A stretch of DNA of 43,598 bases from Octopus bimaculoides (GCF_001194135.2 NC_068998.1:36354814-36398411); one strand, 5' to 3'. Shown: positions 10,738-23,101, counted from the first letter of the stretch. The notes: generated from the letters alone by a model not told the origin. Made by a program: numbers and translations.

Positions 10738-11299
10738 AGTCGATTAGATACACGTCAGTATTCAGCAGTTACTTTAATCGAACCCAGGAGGATAAAAAGC
10801 AAAGTTGTCTCTGGTGGGATTTCAAGTTAGAACAGCTAAATACCGCAAGGCATACATTGTTCGACTTCCTCCACGCAATGGTTACAAAATAATAACAGTA
10901 ATTTTCTTTTTTACTCATATTTGGTTCTTTATCTCTATTTTCTTCCAGAAATATTTCTATAATTCTACAATAATTTCCTTTTTGCCTACGGATACTATCT
11001 CTTTATATTTCCATAAATATAAATATAATCCTTCATTGTCACTCACAATGTTGTTATTATTTCTTTGCTGTATTTTTTTCTTTTAATCCACTTTTGCTGA
11101 TTCCAATCATTCCAAGTTGAATATTTTATGAATGAAACCAGCTCCTGGAACAATTGTGTTATTGATACCTCGTCTATAGTATTAAGTATTAGATAAGGAT
11201 TTTGCTTTTATCAGGATTTAATCTTTAAAAAACCACTATTATTACCATCAGCACCGTCACCACTGCCGCCGCCGCCGCCGCCGCCGCCACCACCACTAC

Positions 11300-11700
11300 A
11301 ATTTGTGACAGAGAGGGTGCACAGGGGCACAGTGAGAGATTCACGGGTGCTTGAATCACGGAAGAGTTCCGGATGGAGCTTCTGAACCACCATGTGGATA
11401 ATGTGTCAATTGAAGATGAGAAATTTTTACCCCAAAATAGGAACCAGGAGCGGAAGGTGATAGGACTTGCGAGAGCTTTGATCCAATCTAGGGCGGAAGT
11501 TTCTCACAGGTGTGAAAGTGACGGGATCTACTTTGTATTTTAATAATTATATTTATTTACTTATTTACAATTGTGATAAATTATATTTCAAACAGCACTT
11601 TTATCACAGTCATTGTGCTTATATAACAGTATTTTTATTCCTATCTTTTTTAAATCCATGTGTAACTCGTTGTACGGAGAGATCTTGATGGCCAATAAAT
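11300..11700 (+). mobile_element. Probable L1/Tx1-like LINE 3' end between (GCC)n and (TCC/TCA)n tracts
   Basis: Ends in tgatggccaataaat (11686-11700), identical to the Tx1-like terminus at 19244-19258. The upstream boundary is uncertain. Confidence 0.4.
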
Positions 11701-12101
11701 CCTCCTCCTCCTCCTCCTCCTCCTCATCATCATCATCATCAATGTCATCGTCGTTGTTATCATCATCATCATCATCAATGTCATCGTCGTTGTTATCATC
11801 ATCATCATCATCATCATCATCATTGTTGTTGTTATTCTTTCTGCTGCATTTTTGTTGCTGTTGTTGCTCTTTGCTGTGTTAGATAGAAATGTCATGCATG
11901 AATCACGTGTTTGGAGTACATTTTGGATGTTGTACCGTGCAGAAACATTACAAAGAAAGGTGAGAATAATTTCAACTTTTTGCCAGTTTTGAACAAATAA
12001 ATAAATGAATAAAAAGATAAGAAAATTTTTAAAAAATGAAAAAGTAAGAAAAGATATTGTTGAACACTTTTTGATCTAACCAACAATCAAAACAAAATGT
12101 T

Positions 12102-12224
<123 letters not shown>

Positions 12225-12599
12225 AGGGGAATAGAAGGAAAAAGAGAGGCAACGTTCCTTTACAATAAAAAAAGTCTATGGCAGTTGCACAAAGAAAAGC
12301 ATGAAATAGTCAAAAATACAGCACATATTCTGAAACTAAATATATCAACCACAACAGTAACAACAACATCACCAACAACAAACGTACCACATGGCTTACG
12401 CTAAGTTTTGTTAAATAACGGTAAGTCTATACATTTTCATTATAGCAATATGAATGGACGGACAGCCTCGTGCGATTTGCAATAGACGAATTTTGGATAT
12501 GGTGCTTTTGGATGAAAGGAAATGGTATCACACACTTGGTTTAAAAAGCAAGTACTACCTGGGCAACCAGTTGGAGCCAGTAGCCCTTGCATATGCATG

Positions 12600-12890
12600 C
12601 ACTTAGATTTTAAATATCGGACGCAGAAGGGTATATGACACTCAATGAAGATTAAGCTGGGATGGACATTCTACCTCACGGGGGTCGCTCTTGCGGACAA
12701 CTATCTCCGCGCCGATAGCGCTGAGCAGAGATATAGTCCGGGGTCCAAGAACGCCGGAGGTCTCCACTGCCACAGGGTTGACTATGAACTTGTCATAGAG
12801 CGACCGATACCGTGTCAGTTTGCGTTTCTCAACCTGACGAGCAGCGGAGCCTGGGCTGGTAGCTGAACAGACAGTATAGCTTGATGCGAC
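12600..12890 (-). mobile_element. CRE-clade non-LTR retrotransposon REL-domain C-terminal fragment
   Basis: ASSYTVCSATSPGSAARQVEKRKLTRYRSLYDKFIVNPVAVETSGVLGPRTISLLSAIG...DPRE fits the recalled CRE pattern AA..AE.RK..KY..L...F.P.AVET.G..GP. Confidence 0.75.
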
Positions 12891-12955
12891 AGAGACTTGA
12901 CTGTTATTTCTAATATATCGGATGACCGTGTAAAGGCTCCTTGGACAGTTTACTG

Positions 12956-13038
12956 CTATCGATAACGGAGAGATACGGTACGCTGGTGTAGTTTACTGTC
13001 GTCGCCGTCGACTGAGTCGCTCGTTCCTGTCCGTTCAC
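12956..13038 (-). CDS. Weak candidate terminal coding exon of an unknown host gene
   Basis: Acceptor gcttttag|gt at 13039-13040. CpG-rich and open in phase 1 as (G)ERTGTSDSVDGDDSKLHQRTVSLRYR*, or in phase 0 to ~12910. Not recognised as any repeat. Confidence 0.2.
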
Positions 13039-13339
13039 CTAAAAGCTAATTGGCAATGGCGACTTTAGCATGGCTGAATGATTCGAATATCAAATTTCGT
13101 TTGTAAAACTTCCAGTAGAATGAACACATTTGTCTTTCTGTTGAGGGCAATCGGTATCTTTTTTCATTTTATTTTTTGGAGGTGGCCTATATGACCATCT
13201 CTTTTGAGATTTTTATGTAATACTGTCGGATGATATATTATATTTTTTCTTATCACTCGATGTAACAACTCTACTCTCAGTGTGTGTGTGTTTCTTTTGT
13301 CATCTTTGTAATGTCCCTCCTTTGTTGAGATCAAATAAA

Positions 13340-13502
13340 GTAACAACAACAACACAAACAATACATCAGAAGCAACGACATCACAATTTACGACGTTAGC
13401 AACATCAGCAGCAGCAGCAGTAGCAAGAACATCACCAGCAGCAATAGCAGCCCGAAGATGAAGATCACCAAAACCACCACCACCACCACCACCACCACCA
13501 CC

Positions 13503-13560
<58 letters not shown>

Positions 13561-13592
13561 ACAACAACAACAACAAAAACAACAACAACAAC
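13340..13592. repeat. Compound (CAG/CAC/CAA)n microsatellite
   Basis: Direct reading. Source of the poly-V/L/W ORFs in the track. Confidence 0.95.
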
Positions 13593-14462
13593 AGCAAAGT
13601 ATCATGATAAAATGATTGTAAGAAAAGCCTTTACACGGCAAATATTGGAATAAGCTAAACAGAAAAGAAATAGATAAAGTAAACTCCCAACAAGGGCTGA
13701 GAAGCTCAGAACTCAAAGTAGAGAATGAAGGATTTATAATTGCAACACAAGATCAAAGCCTCCCCACCAGAAATCACCAAAAACATATAGTGCAAAAAAA
13801 TACAAGTAACTGCAGAATATGTGGAGATGGAGAAGAAACAATAACTTATATGTCTTTGGCTACCCAGTCCTGGCTAAGAAGGAATATATACACAGACGTC
13901 ACAGAGTTGGGACCAATATACACTGGAAGCTATGACAACACTATGGAATGACAACAGAAAAAAAATGGTATAAGCACACCCCAGAAAAGGTTTCAGAAAA
14001 TGACAAAGCAACCATACTCTGGAGTATGCCAATACACACAGATAGAGGAATCGAGGTTAATAGACCGGATATAGTTGACAGAGATCACAAAAAAAAATAC
14101 CTTCTAACTGATATATCAATACAAAGAGATGACAATGTATCTCTAGAAGAAGCGGAGAAACTCTCAAATTACAGAGGTAACTCGATTGTGGAGTCTAAAA
14201 ACAGAAACAATCCCTATAATAATAGATGCATTAGGTATGATTAATAAACATTCAGGCAAATACATAACCAAAACACCAGGACTTACGAATGTATGTAACA
14301 TACAGAAAATAGTACATCCTACGTAAAGCACTTTCAATACAGTGAAAATAATAGCCCCATAACAAACCACCGCACATACTCAAGGCACACAGAGCTGCGT
14401 CCGGTAGGGCAGTGAAAGCACGTGATAAAAATAGGACTATTGAACAATAATGATAATAAAAG
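13593..14462 (+). mobile_element. 5'-truncated R4/Dong-like LINE: CCHC knuckle, REL endonuclease and 3' UTR
   Basis: KPLHGKYW...EGFIIATQDQSLPTRN...CRICGDGEETI...PVLAKKEYIHR...ILWSMPIHTDRGIEVNRPDIV...IIIDALG...ILRKALSIQ*, with frameshifts and small deletions. Confidence 0.9.
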
Positions 14463-14939
14463 CATACTCAGTGAGGAGGGCATGTTTTTCTGTTTGAACG
14501 CTATGTAGGAGGAAAAAAACAAAAGTTTTTGAAGGGTGAATAGATTCAGAAGAGTCAACGGTCATCCAAATAATATTAGTATTATTGCTGATGACGCCAT
14601 GGTTACTAACATATCCAACTTCGTACCGTCTGCTTACTGGTTCATAATAGTAGCAATAACGATAACGTGTACCTTGAAACCAAAGGCAACAGAGGACCCC
14701 ATTTCGGGACTAGGTCAGCCATAAAAGAAGAAGAGTCACTTTAACCTTGGCAGGTAGACTCATAGAGATGCTGTCTCGAGAAAAGCATGCGTGGTTGTGG
14801 TGACATTTTAACACTACAGTCTCTTTATGAGTGAAATGCCAGATAGAAAGTATTATCACAACTGCGTTAATGAGACCGAATCTCCAACTGTAGCTTTCTC
14901 GCACTTTAAGTATCTTACTATGCAGCAGAGAAGGTCTGG

Positions 14940-15775
14940 CCGTTATTCAACAAATACAGCAAAGATTAAGAGAAGACGATGTATAAACGTCAATAAGGCC
15001 GAGATGGAATGTTACTATAGAAGCGAGCCTGCCAAATTATGATACAGGAAACACAGAACAAAGACTTCTAGAACGGAAAAATTTCATCGTGAAAAGACAG
15101 TTGCCGTTTCAGTTGAAAGAGTGAACGATGAAAAGCATGGTCACGTACAAGAAGAAGAGGAGGAGGAGGAGGAGGAGGAGAAAGAGAAGGAGGAGGAGGA
15201 AGAGGAGCAGGAGGAAAACAAGAAACAACATGGAAACCAATAAATTATCAGGAGAGAAATAATAGCCTGGATGAAAATAAGTTTTATTTCGTTGAAGGAA
15301 AGAACGTTAGTGAGGAAGAAAAGAGTTTACTACAACAGTTAAATGAGATACAAACAAGTGAAAGAAGTATACTACCAGCTTTAAGAAGAACTGAAAGAGA
15401 AAAACTACTTTGTAAAGAAGCTGGATACGTTGTTAGTGAAAATGACTGCTGAAAATATAACACATCTGAACGACCTCATATTCTGCACAACCTCTTTTGC
15501 TGCAGAAATTCTCGGAGTTAAGAGTGAAGAAAAGCAAGTGATAAAGAGCCGTGGTGAAAATGGAAACTTTAGAATATTAGAAGGATGGATGAAATAATTG
15601 AAAAGATGGAGGAAAGGTGGAAAAACGGGAACCATAGAAAGTAAATTAAACACGGGATTCACAGAGAATTATTGGTTTGCTAAAGAAGAGATAGAGAAAA
15701 GATCAAGGCAATATAAGGTAAAAATTAGAGACCAACAGAGAGTAAATGTATATCAGCAGAACAGGGCATACAATT
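14940..15775 (+). mobile_element. Decayed N-terminal (Myb-like, pre-RT) part of an R4/Dong-like LINE
   Basis: NKAEMECYYRSEPAKL*YRK; LPALRR..REKL; AENITHLNDLIF...AEILGVK; QQRVNVYQQNR match recalled R4/Dong N-terminal motifs. Confidence 0.65.
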
Positions 15776-15991
15776 TAGAGAAAGTTGTGTGTGATGTTCA
15801 TAACGTATATGCAAATGTGGAGCGGCGTTAGCTTTAATATTTAGTTTGTGCGAAACCGGTCAGAAAAACTTGCCCAGGATGTTGTTGTTGGTCTCCTCAG
15901 TCACGTAAGGTTCGGGCATTCTGAGTTAAGTTCTATTTTTTTTAATGCACAAGTCAACTGGAGTTTTTCTGAGGCAAAATATCACAGCAAG

Positions 15992-16000
15992 TAATAATAG

Positions 16001-16034
<34 letters not shown>

Positions 16035-16062
16035 AATGATGATGATGATGATGATGATGATG

Positions 16063-16098
<36 letters not shown>
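15992..16098. repeat. (AAT/GAT)n microsatellite immediately 5' of an R4/Dong fragment
   Basis: Direct reading. Confidence 0.97.
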
Positions 16099-16371
16099 GC
16101 CCAGTCCTGGCTAAGAAGGAATATATTCACAGACACGACAGAGCTGGGACCTATATACACTGGAAGCTATGCCAACATTATGGAATAGCAACAGAAAAAA
16201 GATGGTATAAACACACGCCAGAAAAGGTCACAGAAAACGAGAAAGCAACCATACTCTGGGATATGCCAATACACACAGATAGAGAAATTAAGGCAAATAG
16301 ACCAGATATAGTTGTCAAAGATCATGAAGGAAAAAAATGCCTTCTAATTGATGTTTCAATACCAGCAGATG
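16099..16371 (+). mobile_element. Well-preserved R4/Dong-like REL domain, 5'-truncated, running into an assembly gap
   Basis: Stop-free PVLAKKEYIHRHDRAGTYIHWKLCQHYG...ILWDMPIHTDREIKANRPDIVVKDHEGKKCLLIDVSIPAD (PD..D motif). Nucleotide homology to 13863-14130. Confidence 0.92.
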
Positions 16372-17257
16372 NNNNNNNNNNNNNNNNNNNNNNNNNNNNN
16401 NNNNNNNNNNNNNNNNNNNNNNNNNNNNNNNNNNNNNNNNNNNNNNNNNNNNNNNNNNNNNNNNNNNNNNNNNNNNNNNNNNNNNNNNNNNNNNNNNNNN
16501 NNNNNNNNNNNNNNNNNNNNNNNNNNNNNNNNNNNNNNNNNNNNNNNNNNNNNNNNNNNNNNNNNNNNNNNNNNNNNNNNNNNNNNNNNNNNNNNNNNNN
16601 NNNNNNNNNNNNNNNNNNNNNNNNNNNNNNNNNNNNNNNNNNNNNNNNNNNNNNNNNNNNNNNNNNNNNNNNNNNNNNNNNNNNNNNNNNNNNNNNNNNN
16701 NNNNNNNNNNNNNNNNNNNNNNNNNNNNNNNNNNNNNNNNNNNNNNNNNNNNNNNNNNNNNNNNNNNNNNNNNNNNNNNNNNNNNNNNNNNNNNNNNNNN
16801 NNNNNNNNNNNNNNNNNNNNNNNNNNNNNNNNNNNNNNNNNNNNNNNNNNNNNNNNNNNNNNNNNNNNNNNNNNNNNNNNNNNNNNNNNNNNNNNNNNNN
16901 NNNNNNNNNNNNNNNNNNNNNNNNNNNNNNNNNNNNNNNNNNNNNNNNNNNNNNNNNNNNNNNNNNNNNNNNNNNNNNNNNNNNNNNNNNNNNNNNNNNN
17001 NNNNNNNNNNNNNNNNNNNNNNNNNNNNNNNNNNNNNNNNNNNNNNNNNNNNNNNNNNNNNNNNNNNNNNNNNNNNNNNNNNNNNNNNNNNNNNNNNNNN
17101 NNNNNNNNNNNNNNNNNNNNNNNNNNNNNNNNNNNNNNNNNNNNNNNNNNNNNNNNNNNNNNNNNNNNNNNNNNNNNNNNNNNNNNNNNNNNNNNNNNNN
17201 NNNNNNNNNNNNNNNNNNNNNNNNNNNNNNNNNNNNNNNNNNNNNNNNNNNNNNNNN

Positions 17258-17503
17258 TATATATATGTATGTATGTATGTGTATGTGTTTGTGTATCTGT
17301 GTTTGTCCCCCCCCCCAACATCGCTTGACAACCGATGCTGGTGTGTTTACGTCCCCGTAACCTAGCGGTTCGGCAAAAGAGACCGATAGACTAAGTACTA
17401 GGCTTCCAAAGAATAAGTCCTGGAGTCGATTTGCTCGACTAAAGGCGGTGCTCCAGCATGGCCGCAGTCAAATGACTGAAACAAGTAAAAGAGTAAAAGA
17501 GAG
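17258..17503 (+). mobile_element. SINE family A 3' half (head presumably in the gap)
   Basis: Nearly identical to the reverse complement of 5822-6010; ends aagtaaaagagtaaaaga. Confidence 0.9.
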
Positions 17504-17915
17504 TGTGGTATGTTGATAATACAAAAAGGTAGCGTCGTCTGATGGTGTAGAGCTATCCAACGGCGAGAAAATCAAGGATATTGAGACTAATGGATATAAA
17601 TATTTGGAGATCATGGAGTACGACAAAATCAAGGAAAGTGAAATGAAGGAAAGCTTTTGGCGAGAATATCTCAGAAGAACTAAATTAATTATGGGAAGAA
17701 GGCTCGATGGAAAAAACAAGATCAGGGTAAGGAACACATGAACTGTTTCTTTAATGCGATATGGCGCAGATGTTGTTAGGTGGACAAAGAGCGGGCTTGA
17801 GGAAATGGATAGGAAAACCGGAAAACTGAAGACAATTAACAAAGAACTACACCACAAAAGCGATGCTGATAGACTGTATGTGCCTAAGAGGAGAAGAAGG
17901 GACTATCTGCTGGCT
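17504..17915 (+). mobile_element. R4/Dong-like RT C-terminal/thumb fragment
   Basis: CGMLIIQKG...GYKYLEIMEYDKI...EYLRRTKLI...MRYGADVVRWTKSGLEEMDRKT.KL...LHHKSDADRLYVPKR, the recalled YKYLG and LHPKSDVDRLY motifs. Confidence 0.85.
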
Positions 17916-17944
17916 GTTACACTGGGAGATCCAGTGTCATACGG

Positions 17945-18905
17945 CTAGCTCTGCTTAATGCTCGTATAAGTCTCTAATGTCATTAGGCTCTTCGCTACTC
18001 TAAAAGCGTTGGGGCTGCAGACCACCCCCTCTGTATCAATGTTCTCGTTTTGTGCTATGAGAGCCATCAGCTTTTCATTGGCCCTCCTCACAAGCACGAA
18101 GTTCTGCTGTTGTGTGGCTGGTTGTTGTTGTTGTATTGACATTTTTCTTATTAAAGTCTGTTGCGTTTTTGATTCTGTTGTGGGTATTTGTGATGGTGTT
18201 GGATATTGTAGTGTTTGTTGTGTCGGTGTTGTCATCAGTGTGTCTGTGTTTGCCGTTTCTTGGATTTCCTCCTTGTTTCTGTGTCTCTTTCTTGGTTTAC
18301 ACGCTTTTGCCGCCCCGCCCCCATCATCACTTGGATGCGTGGAGGAGTCCGTGTCTTGAATGTTTTCTTCTGGTGCTGCTTGTTCTTGTTCTCTTGTAGT
18401 AGATGTTGTTGTTCCTGCTAGTGCAGCTTCCGCCACTGCTGCTGGTGCTACTCCCACTGCCTGCTTCACTGCATCACCTGCCTGTTTTGTCTACTTCGGT
18501 TCAATTTCTGTTTCTATTCCCCTGCCTTTCTGTTGTTGTTCTTGTTTTTGTCGATTCATGAGTTGTGGTGATTTCGCTTGAACATTTCTTTTTGCCCTTC
18601 TGGTTCTGTGGGCAGAAAACCCGTAAGTGGCCCGTTGAACCACAATTGTGGCACCTCGGCCTTCTGACCTCCATATTCACGCTTAGTTTTACTCCAATCG
18701 GGGGGGTGGGGTGGAGGGGAATCAGGTCTGGGACTTTCTCTAACTGCTCTGGTTTCACCTTGAGAAGAGCCTCCAAGGTAGTCCCAACCCAATTCTCCCT
18801 CCTCGATCTTTTCACATCCAGGAGATTCTCTCCCACATCCGTACAGATACAGGCGAGAATCCATCATAAATCCAAGACTGGTGGGACACCAGACACTGTA
18901 AATTG
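17945..18905 (-). mobile_element. L1/Tx1-like ORF1 (gag-like) fragment with CCHC zinc knuckle
   Basis: TVSGVPPVLDL*WILACI...RRPRCHNCGSTGHLRVFCP (C-x2-C-x4-H-x4-C), followed by a low-complexity T/Q/A tail ending at 17945. Confidence 0.75.
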
Positions 18906-19273
18906 TGGAGAGAGAAGTGCTGCCCCCATCAATACATTTGCTAAAAGGTGGGTGAACGTAGCGAAAAGACCCGTGTACGAGGATCTACTCAAGTAATACG
19001 CCTGTAAGCTAGTGAATTAGAGAGGGAGAAGGGTGCTCTTCGCGGATGCCCTCGAAGGGGTGAGTGGTTCAGGATTAATGGGATACCTGAGCCAACCCCA
19101 GGTGGTTACCCCCCTATTGGGGAACTTTAATTGTTGTATTCTTATCGCTTGATATTATTGTTATTGTTTTAATTGTATACTCGTTGTTTTGTGTAAAATC
19201 CCCACTGTCTACGCCTACTGTATTGTCCCCTATATGTCGGTCCTGATGGCCAATAAATGAAATAATAATAACA

Positions 19274-19313
<40 letters not shown>
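18905..19313 (+). mobile_element. L1/Tx1-like ORF2 C-terminus, 3' UTR, AATAAA (19252-19257) and (AAT)n tail
   Basis: VEREVLPP/FAKRWVNVAK...* followed by a GC-rich 3' UTR, a polyadenylation signal and a microsatellite tail. Confidence 0.6.
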
Positions 19314-19350
<37 letters not shown>

Positions 19351-19364
19351 CATCATCATCATCA

Positions 19365-19444
<80 letters not shown>
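19275..19444. repeat. (TAA)n abutting (TTA)n, a palindromic microsatellite junction next to a gap
   Basis: Symmetry centre taa|tta at 19313/19314. Confidence 0.95.
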
Positions 19445-20297
19445 NNNNNNNNNNNNNNNNNNNNNNNNNNNNNNNNNNNNNNNNNNNNNNNNNNNNNNNN
19501 NNNNNNNNNNNNNNNNNNNNNNNNNNNNNNNNNNNNNNNNNNNNNNNNNNNNNNNNNNNNNNNNNNNNNNNNNNNNNNNNNNNNNNNNNNNNNNNNNNNN
19601 NNNNNNNNNNNNNNNNNNNNNNNNNNNNNNNNNNNNNNNNNNNNNNNNNNNNNNNNNNNNNNNNNNNNNNNNNNNNNNNNNNNNNNNNNNNNNNNNNNNN
19701 NNNNNNNNNNNNNNNNNNNNNNNNNNNNNNNNNNNNNNNNNNNNNNNNNNNNNNNNNNNNNNNNNNNNNNNNNNNNNNNNNNNNNNNNNNNNNNNNNNNN
19801 NNNNNNNNNNNNNNNNNNNNNNNNNNNNNNNNNNNNNNNNNNNNNNNNNNNNNNNNNNNNNNNNNNNNNNNNNNNNNNNNNNNNNNNNNNNNNNNNNNNN
19901 NNNNNNNNNNNNNNNNNNNNNNNNNNNNNNNNNNNNNNNNNNNNNNNNNNNNNNNNNNNNNNNNNNNNNNNNNNNNNNNNNNNNNNNNNNNNNNNNNNNN
20001 NNNNNNNNNNNNNNNNNNNNNNNNNNNNNNNNNNNNNNNNNNNNNNNNNNNNNNNNNNNNNNNNNNNNNNNNNNNNNNNNNNNNNNNNNNNNNNNNNNNN
20101 NNNNNNNNNNNNNNNNNNNNNNNNNNNNNNNNNNNNNNNNNNNNNNNNNNNNNNNNNNNNNNNNNNNNNNNNNNNNNNNNNNNNNNNNNNNNNNNNNNNN
20201 NNNNNNNNNNNNNNNNNNNNNNNNNNNNNNNNNNNNNNNNNNNNNNNNNNNNNNNNNNNNNNNNNNNNNNNNNNNNNNNNNNNNNNNNNNNNNNNNN

Positions 20298-20337
<40 letters not shown>

Positions 20338-20436
20338 CACATACATACACAGATATATATGTATATGCATGTATGTATGTATGTATGCTTGCAAGCATGC
20401 ATGTATGTATTTTTATATCTATCAATATATCTATCA

Positions 20437-20492
<56 letters not shown>

Positions 20493-20495
20493 GTA
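20298..20495. repeat. Compound (TA)n/(ATGT)n/(ATCT)n microsatellite
   Basis: Direct reading. Confidence 0.95.
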
Positions 20496-20505
20496 TTTAT
20501 ACTTA

Positions 20506-21000
20506 TACACAGGGTTTCTCAAGAGTATATGCACACATTGAAAAATCATAAGATCAGTGTTCAAGAAAATAGATTTCATTTTCAAAATTTGATAAAATCT
20601 AGACAGAATTTTTTTTCTTTTATGAACATCTGCTTTGAAACTGATGACAATTCTGAACCAAGATCTGAGAACATAAAGCAAAGGAATCGTAAAATTCAAG
20701 AAACATCCTTTTTCAATGGCCACTCACTTCGTCAAGATTTGCCGGATTTATGTAGTAAACTGTCTTTTAAGTATCAGTGTAAAAATGTCTCGTTGTGAAT
20801 GTCCGATGAACGCGGAGTGTATTCTACTGAAGCAAGTGGGTTGGATGAAGATCGTCCAACACATCTGTTTGGCAAAATCACATGAAGTTAGGCCCTTACA
20901 TTACTATGGTAGTGTGGGTATACTCCAGTTTGCAGGAAATAAATTCCAAATCTTCAAACTCCTCTTGAATGCTTGGCATAACAGATTAAACGATGTAAAA
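20506..21000 (-). mobile_element. Tc1/mariner (IS630-Tc1-mariner) transposase 3' remnant with one terminus
   Basis: Minus strand FLQTGVYPHYHSNVRA*L...PNRCVGR...TPRSSDI..TFLH*YLKD is a decayed FQQDGAPPH...WPPRSPDL..FFLWGYLK. Ends at TA|cacagggtttctc. Confidence 0.75.
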
Positions 21001-21119
21001 TAATTTTTGCCCTTGAGTGGGAACTGTTATTTCCTATTTGATTATCCCTAGAAAGTATGAGAAATGGCTAATATTTTCTACAAACTTAGCTGTTATAGCG
21101 ATATTTATTCAAACCCACC

Positions 21120-21280
21120 AAACCCCTCTCAACACATGGCTATGATGCTCCACACTACACCTGCTCATGATCAGAAATGCGCATATCGTCAGCCACTAAA
21201 GGACATGCTCAAGTGATTAACATCAAGCAAGCGATAAGCAGATCTGTGGTATTGAGCAGAATATTTTCTATGACGATATT
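21120..21280. repeat. Interspersed repeat fragment, unclassified
   Basis: acatggctatgatgctcc...cagccactaaaggacatgctcaa...ctgtggtattgagcagaatatt resembles a common octopus repeat from memory. Only one copy is present in this window. Confidence 0.35.
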
Positions 21281-22317
21281 TCTGCTTTAGCAACTCAGCG
21301 CTACATCTGTCTGAAATGTAATGGAAACTAGGTCTTCCGGAACGTTTCTTATGGGCACGCTGAACATTTCCATCTGCATCAAATTTATTTCTAATTCAAG
21401 TTAAGTCACGTTAGTGGATCTATTTGAAACTCCCTCCTAAACTGTCCTTGCTTTGACTGCATTTTTAAACTTCCTAGTAGCCCTTTACGACAAATTTTCT
21501 TCGCTCAATGCTTATTCTGGTTCTCTTTCTTATTTCTCACCGGTTAAATCGAATCTAAAAAGAATACATACATACATATATATATATATANNNNNNNNNN
21601 NNNNNNNNNNNNNNNNNNNNNNNNNNNNNNNNNNNNNNNNNNNNNNNNNNNNNNNNNNNNNNNNNNNNNNNNNNNNNNNNNNNNNNNNNNNNNNNNNNNN
21701 NNNNNNNNNNNNNNNNNNNNNNNNNNNNNNNNNNNNNNNNNNNNNNNNNNNNNNNNNNNNNNNNNNNNNNNNNNNNNNNNNNNNNNNNNNNNNNNNNNNN
21801 NNNNNNNNNNNNNNNNNNNNNNNAAGAAAGCCCGGATTATATTACGTAGTTTTTAGATATTAAGCATAAAGTTTATAAGCCATCACTTAGCAATATTATA
21901 TATCCAATCAGCGAAGTGTCTCCAAGTGTTTGCACAGCCTGTTTAAACTGACAACAAAATATCCTTTTAAAATCTACCTCTTCTCTATCTATTTTCTTAA
22001 AAATAGATGAATACACAGAATAAGATTATCAGAAAATAGATTTCAAAAAAGAAAGCAAATAAAGATTATTATTGTTTAATATCGTATGAATGTTTACGTT
22101 CGCCACAAAGAATAATGTTTTCATCATGTATGAAGGTTAATAGATATCCAAAAAAGCCAAACTTATACTGCAAGGGAAATATTGCAAACTCTCTAAAATA
22201 TGTTTTCGGAAATACTTAGTGAGATTTACATTATAATATACATTAAAGAAACGATAGAAGTAACACTAGCTATAACAAAAGTAACATAAGTGATAAGTAA
22301 ACGGATAAGTAAATTTT

Positions 22318-22661
22318 TTGTTTGCTTGACTGCGGTTATGCTGGGGCACTGCCTTGAAGAAAATTTTTTTAAGTCGAATGAATCGAGCCCGTGCTCTTTT
22401 GAAGTCTGTTACTTGATCTATCGGTGCCTTTTGTCAAATCACTATGTAACGGTTGCGTTAACACACCAGCACCGGTTGTCATGCGGTGGTGGGTGAAAAA
22501 CACAGACACAAACACACACACACACACAACGGGCTTTCAGTTTTCGTCTACCACATCAACTCACAAGAAGACACTCGCCCAAAGGTGTCACGAAGTGGAA
22601 CTGAACCCGGTACCATGTGTTCGGGAAGCAAGCTTCTTACTACATAGCCACTTCTGCGCCT
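22318..22661 (-). mobile_element. Older, diverged SINE family A copy
   Basis: Same head, (CA)n centre and 3' half as 5822-6233, with an internal deletion. Confidence 0.8.
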
Positions 22662-23101
22662 ATCGCTATTATTTCCCTTTCCAGCATCACACGGGAGAAA
22701 AAAATACACTAAAAATATATCGGAAATGTAAATAAAATGCATATCACACATACATACACGCAAACACACTCTCACACACTCTCACACACACAAACACACT
22801 CTTACACACACAAACACACAGACAGACACACAGACGGACACAGACACACACAAATTAAACATACAAATGCATTGAAGGACGTAAAATACTTTTATGGGCC
22901 TGAAAGATCTCATCATCGAACACAAAATTTACGCAGCAATATTTGAAAACCATTTTTACAACCACCATTTAATATTTGTAGCTACGATCATACCAGGTTA
23001 GTTAGATCTTATCACTGCAGAGGAGGCTTTACAACACACTGTTCCGTGAAGGGTAAGGTCAACGAAAAAGTACTCCATCTAGCGGGAAAGATAAATATTG
23101 C

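Noticed and set aside
15800-15885. gcgaaaccggtcag resembles a hammerhead 3' half
   Set aside because: There is no CUGANGA core and no convincing stem II.
15945-17360. 471-aa and other long ORFs spanning N-gaps (also 19114-20437)
   Set aside because: Their length comes from X residues. Only 16099-16371 is real coding sequence, from the retrotransposon.
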